From: an uncultured Ruminococcus sp.
Lineage (GTDB): Bacteria > Bacillota > Clostridia > Oscillospirales > CAG-272
NCBI GenBank assembly: GCA_902791785.1
Contig: CADAXH010000001.1
Coordinates: forward strand, 1 to 39,222
DNA: 39,222 nt
Direction of reading: 5' to 3'
Positions 25,525 through 34,864 of this stretch are shown here, one piece after another. The notes under the pieces are model-generated. The model saw only the letters and a list, made by a program, of their open reading frames with translations. It searched no databases and had not been told where the DNA came from. Position 1 is the stretch's first letter. Each line of letters starts with the position of its first letter. The position numbers and the translations under genes were made by a program.

Positions 25525-26371
25525 CTTCGAACAGTTTCATTATTTCAGAAACTGCACTTTCAGCAGTGTATGCTGACGTACTCACATTGTACCCCATTTT
25601 TCTGAGCTCAATCAGAATCTGTGTTGCCTGGGGCACCATCAGGCCGACACCTGTAAGTTCCTGAGCATGTGAAAAAACTTCGTCTACAGTTCCCGAGAGG
25701 AACACTTTAGAGTCCGACATAACAACGACATTGTCGCAGAATTCCGCCATGTCTTCCATGCTGTGACTTATGATAATCAGAGTTGAATCCGTGTCGTCTT
25801 TGTATTTTCTCAGCCTGTCAAATATCTCTCTTTTTCCCGACGGGTCAAGTCCTGCCGCGGGTTCGTCCAGCACGAGAATTTCAGGTCTCATTGCCATTAT
25901 TCCGGCTATTGCGACTCTTCTCTTCTGTCCTCCGGATATGTCGAACGGGGACACGTCAAGTATGTCTTCAGGCAGTCCGACAAACCTTAGGGATTCCAAA
26001 ACTCTCTCGTCTATTTCCTTCTGATCCAGCCCCATGTTTTTCGGACCGAAAGAAATGTCTTTCCTTACAGTCTCGTCGAAAAGCTGGTATTCAGGATACT
26101 GAAACACAAGCCCGACTTTGAATCTGACTTCTTTTATCTTTTTTGGTTCGCTCCAGATATTTTTGTCATTTACAAACACTTCACCGGAAGAAACTTTCAA
26201 AAGACCATTAAGCAGCTGTGACAATGTGCTTTTTCCGGATCCTGTATGCCCTATTATTCCCGTAATCTTACCCTGTTCGAATCTGACGTTGACGTCATTG
26301 ACTGCAGCCTTTTCGAACGGAGTGTCCTTGCTGTATGTGTAACATGCATGTCTGAGTTCGGCTACTGTCAT
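25505..26371 (-). CDS. ecfA2: ECF transporter ATPase subunit A2
   Basis: Walker A GHTGSGKST, signature ISGGQKRRVA, Walker B ILVLDEP. ATGA overlap with ecfA1. Confidence 0.92.
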   Translation of the reverse strand: MTVAELRHACYTYSKDTPFEKAAVNDVNVRFEQGKITGIIGHTGSGKSTLSQLLNGLLKVSSGEVFVNDKNIWSEPKKIKEVRFKVGLVFQYPEYQLFDETVRKDISFGPKNMGLDQKEIDERVLESLRFVGLPEDILDVSPFDISGGQKRRVAIAGIMAMRPEILVLDEPAAGLDPSGKREIFDRLRKYKDDTDSTLIIISHSMEDMAEFCDNVVVMSDSKVFLSGTVDEVFSHAQELTGVGLMVPQATQILIELRKMGYNVSTSAYTAESAVSEIMKLFEGGDQGA

Positions 26372-27231
26372 ATCCTGCTCCTTTTCTTGAGAGCATCAGA
26401 TATGTTCTGAGCAGCACTCAGCGGATCAAGTCCGTCTGTATTTATTTCAATTCCTTTTTCCTTCAGCATGTTCAGTATTGTCTTGGATTGAGGGAGCGCA
26501 AGTCCGGTATCCTCGAGCATCTTTTCATCCGAGAAGATTTCCTGAGGAGTTCCGTCTGAAGCAACTCTTCCTTTTGAAAGGACTATAATCCTGTCGGCAT
26601 GGACGGCTTCGTCCATGTGGTGAGTTATGAGAATAATTGTCTTGCCCATCTTTGCCAGTTTCAGTATTGTCTGCATGACTTCACTTCTTCCGATTGGGTC
26701 AAGCATCGCAGTAGACTCGTCGAAGATTATGACGTCGGGAGAAATGGCAATGATTCCGGCTATTGCCACTCTCTGCTTCTGCCCGCCCGAAAGCTGGCTT
26801 GAAGAATGGCGGGAAAATTCTTTCATTCCGACTATACCGAGAGCTTCATCAACTCTTCTCCTGATTTCCTGTGGTTCTATTCCAAGATTTTCAGGTCCGA
26901 AAGCGACATCTTCTTCAACAATTGTCGCAACCATCTGGTTGTCCGGATTCTGGAAGACCATTCCAATCTTTTTTCTTATCTCGTATGCCTGGTCTTCGGT
27001 TATGTTCTCATCTATCTTCTGCCCGAACAGTTCGATGGTTCCGGATGTGGGTTTGTTGACAAGACTGAAAACCTTTGCCAGTGTGCTTTTTCCCGAGCCG
27101 TTCCGGCCAAGAATGCATACAAACGACCCCTCTTTAATGTCAAGTGAAACATCAAAGAGGACAGGTTTTATCTTGTCATCACTTTCATACTGAAAATTCA
27201 GATTTTCGGTTTTGATAACCGTATTTGCCAT
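26368..27231 (-). CDS. ecfA1: ECF transporter ATPase subunit A1
   Basis: Walker A GRNGSGKST, signature LSGGQKQRVA, Walker B VIIFDEST. Confidence 0.92.
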   Translation of the reverse strand: MANTVIKTENLNFQYESDDKIKPVLFDVSLDIKEGSFVCILGRNGSGKSTLAKVFSLVNKPTSGTIELFGQKIDENITEDQAYEIRKKIGMVFQNPDNQMVATIVEEDVAFGPENLGIEPQEIRRRVDEALGIVGMKEFSRHSSSQLSGGQKQRVAIAGIIAISPDVIIFDESTAMLDPIGRSEVMQTILKLAKMGKTIILITHHMDEAVHADRIIVLSKGRVASDGTPQEIFSDEKMLEDTGLALPQSKTILNMLKEKGIEINTDGLDPLSAAQNISDALKKRSRI

Positions 27232-27249
27232 GATTGTTTTCCTTTGTTG

Positions 27250-28101
27250 TTAATATTTCGTCCATCTTGCCGTTCCGCCGCATGGCAAGCAGGCACCGGT
27301 CTGGGTAACACGCAGACCAAGTTCATCACATTCAATTTTTCCGCCCTTGAGCGTCAGATTCATCAGATAACCGATTGATGAAGGAGACAGTCCCGTCGTG
27401 TATGAGTTGACTATAAAGAACAGCGGATCGTCCGACAAAAGCTTTGCGGCCGATTCAATGAATTTGCCTATGTTGTCTTCAAGTTTCCAGACTTCACCTG
27501 ACGGACCTCTTCCGTAAGAAGGGGGATCCATTATTATTCCGTCATATTTATTGCCTCTTCGGATTTCTCTCTCAATGAATTTGTTGCAGTCATCAACAAT
27601 ATATCTGATGGGAGCATTTTCAAGAGACGACAAAACGGCATTCTCCTTTGCCTGGGCAACCATTCCCTTTGCCGCATCCACATGGCACACGCTTGCGCCT
27701 GCAGCCGCCGCAGCAATGCTTGCCGCCCCCGTATATGCAAAGAGATTCAGCACTTTTGCTTCTCTTCCCGATTCACGTATCTTTTTCTGAATGAAATCCC
27801 AGTTTGCAGCCTGTTCCGGGAACACGCCCGTGTGCTTGAATCCCATGGGCTTGACTTTTAGTGTGAAATTGGAATAGTTGATTGTCCAGAATTCCGGGAC
27901 ATCCTTCTTTATCCAGCTTCCGCCTCCGCCTTCCCTGTCATATACTGCATCTGCCCTGTTCCAGAGCGAACTCTTTTTCTGATTTTTCCAGATTACCTGA
28001 GGATCGGGTCTTGACAGAATATATTTTCCCCATCTTTCAAGCCTTCTGCCGTCAGAGCAGTCTATGAGTTCATAATCTTTCCATTTGTCTGATGATATCA
28101 T
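27250..28101 (-). CDS. Class I SAM-dependent methyltransferase, RlmI/RlmK-like (probable rRNA methyltransferase)
   Basis: 283 aa. SAM motif VLNLFAYTGAASIAAA and the catalytic-region motif IIMDPPSYG, typical of the RlmI/RlmK/YwbD group. Confidence 0.85.
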   Translation of the reverse strand: MISSDKWKDYELIDCSDGRRLERWGKYILSRPDPQVIWKNQKKSSLWNRADAVYDREGGGGSWIKKDVPEFWTINYSNFTLKVKPMGFKHTGVFPEQAANWDFIQKKIRESGREAKVLNLFAYTGAASIAAAAAGASVCHVDAAKGMVAQAKENAVLSSLENAPIRYIVDDCNKFIEREIRRGNKYDGIIMDPPSYGRGPSGEVWKLEDNIGKFIESAAKLLSDDPLFFIVNSYTTGLSPSSIGYLMNLTLKGGKIECDELGLRVTQTGACLPCGGTARWTKY

Positions 28102-28113
28102 AAATTTTCCTTT

Positions 28114-29184
28114 TTACAAATTTGTGTCGAATCTCAATTGAGTTCCGCCAGATTTCCCGTAAGGAAGTCCGAGATGGTCATATGCAAGTTTTGTGACACA
28201 TCTTCCCCTCGGAGTCCTGTTGATAAACCCGAGCCTCATAAGATATGGTTCGTAAACATCTTCAATCGTTATTGGCTCTTCGTCAATAATTGCAGAAAGG
28301 GTGTCTATTCCGACAGGGCCTCCGTTGAAAGTTGTTATGATAGTCTTGAGTATTCTTCTGTCGACATCGTCCAGTCCAAGTTCGTCTATATCGAGCAGCC
28401 TAAGTGCTTCGTCTGCCATCTGATCCGTTATGACTCCGTCTCCTTTTACCTGCGCATAGTCCCTTACTCTTCTCAGCAGTCTGTTCGCTACACGCGGTGT
28501 TCCTCTTGACCTTTTTGCAAGAGCAGTAAGACCCGAATCCGAAATATCTATGTTCAGGATTCCCGCGCTTCTCTTCAGTATCTTTCTGATTTCGTCGTCA
28601 TTGTACAGATCGAGTTTTAGAAGAATTCCGAATCTGTCGTGAAGCGGAGTCGAAATCTGGCCGGCTCTTGTTGTAGCTCCTATAAGAGTGAATTTTTCAA
28701 GATTAAGCTTGATTGAGTTTGCTGCGGGTCCCTTTCCCGTTATGAGGTCAAGGGTGTAGTCTTCCATTGCAGGGTACATTATTTCTTCGCTTATTCTGTT
28801 CAGTCTGTGAATCTCATCTATGAACAGAACATCGTTTCTTTCCACATTTGTCAGAATGGCGGCAAGATCACCCGGCTTTTCAATTGAAGGGCCTGATGTT
28901 GTCTTGATGTTTGATCCCATCTCTCTTGCTATTATTGTTGCAAGCGTTGTCTTTCCGAGTCCGGGAGGTCCGTAGATCAGTACGTGGTCGAGTGCCTCGC
29001 CCCTCTGTTTGGCAGCTTCAATGCTTATCCTGAGAGTCTTCTTTGCTTTTTCCTGGCCTACATAATCATCCAGCGAAGTTGGTCTTAATCCGCCTTCTTC
29101 GGCATCCTCAACCGAATACTGTACACCAATGATTCTCTCTTCCTGTTCTTCTGTCTGCCTTACTTTGCTTTTCTCTATAGCCAT
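28114..29184 (-). CDS. ruvB: Holliday junction branch migration ATPase RuvB
   Basis: Walker [10 protein letters not shown], Walker [10 protein letters not shown], sensor and winged-helix C-terminus. Downstream of ruvA. Confidence 0.95.
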   Translation of the reverse strand: MAIEKSKVRQTEEQEERIIGVQYSVEDAEEGGLRPTSLDDYVGQEKAKKTLRISIEAAKQRGEALDHVLIYGPPGLGKTTLATIIAREMGSNIKTTSGPSIEKPGDLAAILTNVERNDVLFIDEIHRLNRISEEIMYPAMEDYTLDLITGKGPAANSIKLNLEKFTLIGATTRAGQISTPLHDRFGILLKLDLYNDDEIRKILKRSAGILNIDISDSGLTALAKRSRGTPRVANRLLRRVRDYAQVKGDGVITDQMADEALRLLDIDELGLDDVDRRILKTIITTFNGGPVGIDTLSAIIDEEPITIEDVYEPYLMRLGFINRTPRGRCVTKLAYDHLGLPYGKSGGTQLRFDTNL

Positions 29185-29191
29185 ACAAATC

Positions 29192-29794
29192 TCACTTTCC
29201 CGAGTTGTATCTGCGCAATGCTTCGCGCATTACTTCTTCTATGGTTTCACCGGTACAATCCCTGACAACTCTTATTGCATCCGCCTTGCTGATGCCAAGA
29301 ACCATCAGACCGTCTATGACGTCCTTCTGAATTGATGAAATATTGTTTGCTGAGCCGGAGTCGACAATTTCCGTTCCGTCTTCTGAAGCAATGATTGCAA
29401 TTCTTTCCTTCAGTTCGAGAATAATTCTCTCTGCGGTCTTTTTGCCTATTCCCTTTGCTCCGGATATAAGTTTTACGTCTCCTGTCACAATTGCGCTGGC
29501 AAGTCTCTCGGGAGAAAAAGCACTCAATATGGATATTGCGGCCTTCGGTCCGACTCCTGAAACATTCAGCAGCTGTTTGAACATGTCAAGTTCGGCCTCG
29601 GTGTAAAATCCGTATAATTCGATGGCGTCTTCTCTGACCTGCATATAGGTAAAGAGTTTGACATCCTCTCCTGTCTTTGTCAGGTGAGACAATGTATTGT
29701 TTGATACTGTCAGCAAGAAACCGACACCTCCGCAATCAACTACGGCTGTCTGAAGTGATGTTGAAGCAAGTTTTCCATGTAAGTAGTAAAACAT
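29192..29794 (-). CDS. ruvA: Holliday junction DNA-binding protein RuvA
   Basis: 200 aa. OB-fold N-terminus (MFYYLHGKL...), HhH motifs ([19 protein letters not shown]) and a C-terminal RuvB-binding domain. Confidence 0.92.
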   Translation of the reverse strand: MFYYLHGKLASTSLQTAVVDCGGVGFLLTVSNNTLSHLTKTGEDVKLFTYMQVREDAIELYGFYTEAELDMFKQLLNVSGVGPKAAISILSAFSPERLASAIVTGDVKLISGAKGIGKKTAERIILELKERIAIIASEDGTEIVDSGSANNISSIQKDVIDGLMVLGISKADAIRVVRDCTGETIEEVMREALRRYNSGK

Positions 29795-29819
29795 CTTTTA
29801 TCCTTTCCGAAACAATATT

Positions 29820-30335
29820 TCAGACCAGTTTGGTCTTTCTTCCGTTGTAAAATTCCTGTATTTTGGATCCTCTGCAGTTGTTGTGGCAGATAGCAAGGGC
29901 AAGCGCGTCAGCCGCGTCATCCGGTTTCGGGATTGCGTCAAGTTTCAGAATGTTCTTGACCATGGTCTGAACCTGTTTTTTCTGAGCTCTGCCGTAGCCA
30001 ACTATCGTCTGCTTTACCTGCAGCGGTGTGTATTCGTATATATCCACCATTTTCTGTTTTGCCGCAAGAAGTATAACTCCCCTTGCTTCTGCAACTCCGA
30101 TGGCGGTGGTCTGGTTTGTGTTGAAAAACAATTCTTCTATTGACATTTCCGAAGGCTGATACTCGTCTATAAGCTCATTCAGATCATTGTAGATTGTCAA
30201 AAGCCTGTCTTCTATTTCCTGGCCTGCGGGTGTGGTTATGGCGCCGCAGTCAATCATCTTTATTCTGTTTCTTTCGACTTCGATAACTCCGTACCCTACA
30301 ATTGCCACGCCGGGGTCAATTCCGAGAATTCTCAT
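29820..30335 (-). CDS. ruvC: Crossover junction endodeoxyribonuclease RuvC
   Basis: 171 aa. RNase H-like fold with MRILGIDPG and C-terminal acidic residues (DAADALALAICH). Confidence 0.92.
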   Translation of the reverse strand: MRILGIDPGVAIVGYGVIEVERNRIKMIDCGAITTPAGQEIEDRLLTIYNDLNELIDEYQPSEMSIEELFFNTNQTTAIGVAEARGVILLAAKQKMVDIYEYTPLQVKQTIVGYGRAQKKQVQTMVKNILKLDAIPKPDDAADALALAICHNNCRGSKIQEFYNGRKTKLV

Positions 30336-31306
30336 AAGTTCCCCCCGGAGACAGAATAGATTCCTATTGTCGTAAACTGCGGGAAATTCAGTTTGAGATA
30401 GCAGATGATTGCCTTCAGATCCGAATTCGAGATGTCAAAAAGAATCTCTACCGAGTTTTCTCTTCCCGCAACAGACTGCGGAATAATGTCTGTCCTTATT
30501 ACCTTTGCTGAATTAAAGACGCAGCAGCGGAAGATACCTTCCATGTCCGAATAATCATCAAGAGTAAGTCTTATTCTGAAAACGTTCTCATTCTTTTCCG
30601 TAGTTATCATTCTGCCTGAGACAAGTGCGAACTCCGTGGTATTCTCACCGTCTGTTGAGTCAATAAGTTTCGTCATGACAATATAAAGCTGGTTCTCTTC
30701 CACAAAAGAACAGTATGCGCTGAGTCTTCCGTCGATTGTATTTGATACGGGAATGACTCCGAAATCAGCCTCGCCCTTGGCAACAAATGAACAGACATCC
30801 GTAAAAGAGTCCGACTCCACCGGAATGCATTTGTCAAAACAGGATGCGAAGAACTCGAATGCCTCGTTCGTCTGTTTGCCTCCGGTTGTTGCGATCCTGG
30901 CAGATTTCATCATTTCAGGTGACTCTTCACCGGACAGCCACTTTGAAACGTCTTTCGGTTCACCCTTTGATGAATGTCCGGCCAGGAGTTTGGCGAATCT
31001 GATTTTGTCGTCATCTGAAATTGTTTTTGAAAATGAAGTGAAATCCGTTTCGTTTGCAGATCCGAAAGCATTGTGCGGCGCAAACCTGATTGATTTTTCA
31101 TACATTCCCGTTGATTCGTCACTAAGGCAAACGGCGTCCATGACGTCGGCATATCCCGAATTCTTGATGAGTTCGCCTGAAAAAACAGCAGCCAAATCCT
31201 TCAGATGAGCTTTTCTCATCTCAAATCCGTGAGAAATGGACTCGTCTGTCCTGTTCAGGTTTTCCGATATAATCTGATAGTCGTCACTTTCGTCGTACTG
31301 GTACAT
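30332..31306 (-). CDS. Truncated prephenate-dehydratase-like / ACT-like protein with a novel N-terminal region (probably non-catalytic)
   Basis: 324 aa. Residues about 135-215 align by eye with PDT lobe 1 (KGEADFGVIPVSNTIDGRL versus GEVDFAFVPLENALEGSV of PheA). The sequence then jumps to GENTTEFALVS (PDT N-x-TRF strand, with R replaced by E). An ACT-like C-terminus ends in TTIGIYSV. ATGA overlap with ruvC. Confidence 0.7.
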   Translation of the reverse strand: MYQYDESDDYQIISENLNRTDESISHGFEMRKAHLKDLAAVFSGELIKNSGYADVMDAVCLSDESTGMYEKSIRFAPHNAFGSANETDFTSFSKTISDDDKIRFAKLLAGHSSKGEPKDVSKWLSGEESPEMMKSARIATTGGKQTNEAFEFFASCFDKCIPVESDSFTDVCSFVAKGEADFGVIPVSNTIDGRLSAYCSFVEENQLYIVMTKLIDSTDGENTTEFALVSGRMITTEKNENVFRIRLTLDDYSDMEGIFRCCVFNSAKVIRTDIIPQSVAGRENSVEILFDISNSDLKAIICYLKLNFPQFTTIGIYSVSGGNL

Positions 31307-31313
31307 ATTTCAC

Positions 31314-32171
31314 CTATTTGACAATTTTGAATTTCAAACTGATATCCAGCGCTTTAACACTGTGAGTGAGAGCACCGATGCTTATCAGGTCAACTCCCGT
31401 CTCCGCAATTGATCTGAGCTGTTCTGCAGTTTTGTCTCCCATGTTCCCGGAAGCTTCCGTTAGAACCCTTCCGTCAATCAGCCTGACTGCTTCTCTCGTC
31501 TGTTCAAGATCCATATTGTCGAGCATGATGATGTCTACTTTGGCATCAAGTGCCTCTTTTACCTGTTCAAGAGTCTCAGTCTCGACTTCAATCTTTATTG
31601 TGTGAGGAGCTTTTTCTTTTGCCGCTTTCACAGCATTTGTTATGCCGCCTGCAGCAGCTATGTGATTATCCTTAATCAGGATTCCGTCGGAAAGACCGAA
31701 TCTGTGATTTGATCCTCCTCCTACCCTGACTGCATATTTTTCAAGTTTTCTCATGAGCGGAGTGGTTTTTCTTGTATCTGCTATTTTTGCACCTGTTCCT
31801 TCAACAGCCTTCACTGCCTCATGAGTTCTTGTTGCGATTCCGGACAGTCTCTGCATGACATTCAATCCTGTTCTCTCTCCGACAAGAATTGTTTTCGCAT
31901 CTCCCGAAACCTCTGCAATCACGTCGCCTTTTGCCACTTCGTCGCCGTCATTCTTCAGTTTTCTGAATTCAACTTTTCCGCCAAGAAGTTCAAAAACTCT
32001 CCTGGCAAAATCCACTCCGCAAAGGATTCCGCTCTCTTTTGCTATATATTTTCCACTTGCAGTAGTGCCGTCGGCAACGGTACATTCTGTAGTTATGTCA
32101 CCGTCTCCTATATCCTCATTAAGAGCTGCGAGAATGAACTCGTCTGTTTTTCTGTCAATTACCATATTCAA
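31314..32171 (-). CDS. nadC: Nicotinate-nucleotide diphosphorylase (quinolinate phosphoribosyltransferase)
   Basis: 285 aa. Typical NadC core (RKTTPLMR, VRVGGGSNHRFGLSD, IMLDNM). ATGA overlap with nadB. Confidence 0.92.
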   Translation of the reverse strand: MNMVIDRKTDEFILAALNEDIGDGDITTECTVADGTTASGKYIAKESGILCGVDFARRVFELLGGKVEFRKLKNDGDEVAKGDVIAEVSGDAKTILVGERTGLNVMQRLSGIATRTHEAVKAVEGTGAKIADTRKTTPLMRKLEKYAVRVGGGSNHRFGLSDGILIKDNHIAAAGGITNAVKAAKEKAPHTIKIEVETETLEQVKEALDAKVDIIMLDNMDLEQTREAVRLIDGRVLTEASGNMGDKTAEQLRSIAETGVDLISIGALTHSVKALDISLKFKIVK

Positions 32172-33700
32172 TCCTCAATGTAATGAGCACCGATGCTCAC
32201 CTTTCTCTCGTTAGCGCCGTCAAGTATCATTTTTGCGGTGCTGAGCATGTTGTAATAATCGTAATCCTTCTGTGTTGTCAGTTTTAGTTTTTCAGCAGAA
32301 TTGTAAAGATTGTCTATAAGGCGCTTTCCTTCTGCAAGACCTTCTTTTGTTCTGACTGCATTTGCATACTCAGATACAATCTCTCTGACTTCAAGCTGTT
32401 TTTTGTCAATTTCTCTGCACACTTCCCCGGAATCGTCTCTTCCAGCCGAAACAGGTTCGGAACCTTTTCTGAAATGACTGTTTATATAGTTTGCCGCTCT
32501 TCTTCCGAACACCAGACATTCAAGCATTGAATTGCTTGCAAGTCTGTTTGCACCGTGAATTCCCGTCCATGCGCACTCTCCGGCAGCAAACAGTCCTTCA
32601 ACATTTGTCTTGGCGTCAAGGTCAGTCTTTATGCCTCCCATCTGATAATGCTGAGATGGTCTGATCGGAATGAACTGCCTCGGAACGTCAATGCCCTCAT
32701 CGTGACATTTCTGATATATTGTCGGAAATCTGTGTTTGAAGAATTCTTCGTCCATTGAAGAAACGTCAAGCCACACATTGTCCAGCTTTTCCTTTTTCAT
32801 TTCTGAAAGAATGGCTCTTGTGACTATGTCTCTCGGGGCAAGATCAGCTCTCGGGTGTTTGCCCTGCATGAAAGCTTCACCTCTCTGATTCCTCAATATG
32901 CCGCCCTCGCCTCTCACTGCTTCTGAAATGAGGAAAGCTCTCTCGGAATTCTCTTTGGAACCTATGGCGAGAGTGGTTGGGTGGAACTGGACAAGCTCCA
33001 TTCCGAACACTTCTGCACCGGCACGAACTGCTGAACAGATTCCGTCTCCGATTGCTCCCGCCGGATTTGTCGTACTGAGATAAAGGTGTCCGATTCCTCC
33101 GGTTGCCAGTATTATGTTGCCGCATTCGACAATTTTATATTCGCCGTCGTTTATCAGCGCCCCGCACACTCCTCTGGAGTCTGTGAGTATATCAACCATG
33201 TAGGTTTCGAATTTGACTTCAATATTCTTTTTGGTGAGCGCAATCTCTCCGAGTCGCTTCGTCGTTTCTCTTCCTGTTGCGTCTCCGCCTGCATGTACAA
33301 TTCTTCTGTGGCTGTGTCCGCCTTCCCTGGTGATTTCGAGATCACCTTCGGGATTGTGGTCAAACGGAACATTGTCTGCTATAAGTTCACGGATATTTTC
33401 GGGACCTTCGTCAACAAGGACCTCAACCGCTTTTCTGTCGCACAGACCCGCCCCGGCTACCAGTGTGTCCTCAATGTGCGAATCAAAAAAATCATCAGGC
33501 GCAATTACTGAAGCTATTCCGCCCTGTGCAAGCCATGAGTTTGAACCATCAACCTTGGTCTTTGTCACAATCATGACCTTGTATTTTTTATCTATGTGAA
33601 GTGCAGAATAGAGTCCTGCAATCCCGGATCCGACAACAAGAACGTCACATTTTACTCTTTTAAGGCCGTCGGTTTCTCCGGAATATAGATACCTTTTCAT
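32168..33700 (-). CDS. nadB: L-aspartate oxidase
   Basis: 510 aa. FAD dinucleotide-binding motif DVLVVGSGIAGL and a succinate dehydrogenase/fumarate reductase-type flavoprotein core (HPTT, GLFAAGE). Confidence 0.93.
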   Translation of the reverse strand: MKRYLYSGETDGLKRVKCDVLVVGSGIAGLYSALHIDKKYKVMIVTKTKVDGSNSWLAQGGIASVIAPDDFFDSHIEDTLVAGAGLCDRKAVEVLVDEGPENIRELIADNVPFDHNPEGDLEITREGGHSHRRIVHAGGDATGRETTKRLGEIALTKKNIEVKFETYMVDILTDSRGVCGALINDGEYKIVECGNIILATGGIGHLYLSTTNPAGAIGDGICSAVRAGAEVFGMELVQFHPTTLAIGSKENSERAFLISEAVRGEGGILRNQRGEAFMQGKHPRADLAPRDIVTRAILSEMKKEKLDNVWLDVSSMDEEFFKHRFPTIYQKCHDEGIDVPRQFIPIRPSQHYQMGGIKTDLDAKTNVEGLFAAGECAWTGIHGANRLASNSMLECLVFGRRAANYINSHFRKGSEPVSAGRDDSGEVCREIDKKQLEVREIVSEYANAVRTKEGLAEGKRLIDNLYNSAEKLKLTTQKDYDYYNMLSTAKMILDGANERKVSIGAHYIED

Positions 33701-33718
33701 AATTACCGTTTTCTCCCG

Positions 33719-34630
33719 TTAAATTCTCATCATTTTGTCGAGTGCGCTGAACGCCTTCATTCTAAGTTCTTCAGGCATGTCTATCTCACCGAACTGATCT
33801 TTCAGACAGTCTCTCAGGTTTATCAGGGATGTCATCTTCATATTGATGCATACAAGCTTTGGAGACAGAAGCCAGAATTTCTTGTCGGGATTGTATTCAG
33901 TCAGTCTCTCAACCACACCGTACTCTGTTCCTATTATGAACTGCTTTGCGTCTGAGTTTTCAGCCTCGCGGATGATGCCCGATGTGCTTCCGACATAATC
34001 AGCTATTTCGACAACCTCAGCCTCACACTCGGGATGCACAAACAGTTTTGCATCCGGGAACCGTTTCTTGGCATTCATTGCGTCTTCCAGTGTTATGTTC
34101 TTGTGAACGGGACAATATCCGTAATACAGGTGGAACATCTTGTGAGGAAGCTTTGCGGCAACATATGCACCGAGATTCTTGTCCGGAACGAATATTATTT
34201 CGTCCGCATCAATGCTTTCACACACTTTGACTGCATTTGAAGATGTGCAGCAAATGTCACTTTCCGCCTTTATTTCTGCACTGGAGTTAACATAGCATAC
34301 AACGGCAGCTTTCGGATATGTGTTCTTCATCTCCCTCAGCTTTGACACAGTAACCATGTCCGCCATCTGGCAGCCTGCGTCAGGCCTTGGCATTATTACC
34401 TTCTTTGTGGGATTTAGTATTTTCGCGCTCTCTCCCATAAATCTGACGCCGCAGAAGACGATAAGGTCGGATTTTGCCTCTTTTGCTCTCTTTGCAAGTT
34501 CAAAAGAATCTCCGACGAAATCGGCACACTTCTGAATTTCAAGGCGCTGATAGTAATGCGCCAGTATAAGAGCCCCGCTCTTCTTTTTCAGCTTCAGTAT
34601 TTCTTCAATCAACAAATCGTTTTCGCTCAT
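33719..34630 (-). CDS. nadA: Quinolinate synthase
   Basis: 303 aa. NadA-type triple-repeat fold with conserved Cys ligands (e.g. PDAGCQMA, YVNSSAE, VHPEC). First gene of nadA-nadB-nadC. Confidence 0.93.
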   Translation of the reverse strand: MSENDLLIEEILKLKKKSGALILAHYYQRLEIQKCADFVGDSFELAKRAKEAKSDLIVFCGVRFMGESAKILNPTKKVIMPRPDAGCQMADMVTVSKLREMKNTYPKAAVVCYVNSSAEIKAESDICCTSSNAVKVCESIDADEIIFVPDKNLGAYVAAKLPHKMFHLYYGYCPVHKNITLEDAMNAKKRFPDAKLFVHPECEAEVVEIADYVGSTSGIIREAENSDAKQFIIGTEYGVVERLTEYNPDKKFWLLSPKLVCINMKMTSLINLRDCLKDQFGEIDMPEELRMKAFSALDKMMRI

Positions 34631-34656
34631 AAGCCCCTCTTTTTCCGGTATATGTT

Positions 34657-34677
34657 AAGGACGTTTTTCGTGTCCTT
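34657..34677 (-). promoter_or_regulatory. Palindrome in the nadA leader (candidate operator or RNA hairpin)
   Basis: AAGGAC-N9-GTCCTT perfect 6-bp arms, about 25 nt upstream of the nadA start codon and downstream of the predicted -10. Confidence 0.3.
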
Positions 34678-34724
34678 CTTTGTCCGTTTGTAATTCAATT
34701 GCCATAATACGGCATTGTAAAGTT

Positions 34725-34754
34725 ATTATATCATAGGCACGTAAAATAATACAA
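34725..34754 (-). promoter_or_regulatory. Putative sigma-A promoter of nadABC
   Basis: On the - strand: TTGTAT (34749-34754), 18-nt spacer, extended -10 TGATATAAT (-10 hexamer 34725-34730). Confidence 0.5.
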
Positions 34755-34805
34755 GTAAAATAGCAACAAATCGAGAGGTCTGCACATCCGTTTTTTTGTT
34801 CATCG

Positions 34806-34834
34806 TTTACAATGAATCGAAAAGAAAGTATAAT
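34806..34834 (+). promoter_or_regulatory. Putative sigma-A promoter of dusB
   Basis: TTTACA (34806-34811), exactly 17-nt spacer, TATAAT (34829-34834). About 30 nt upstream of the dusB RBS. Confidence 0.6.
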
Positions 34835-34864
34835 TTACCCAGAAAAACTAATCGGAGTAGCAAA

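Noticed and set aside
34631-34724. Possibility that the nadA leader is a known NAD+ riboswitch (nadA motif or pnuC motif).
   Set aside because: I cannot align the tandem bulged-stem architecture or conserved nucleotides of either class from memory. It is kept only as an unassigned structured leader pending a covariance-model search.
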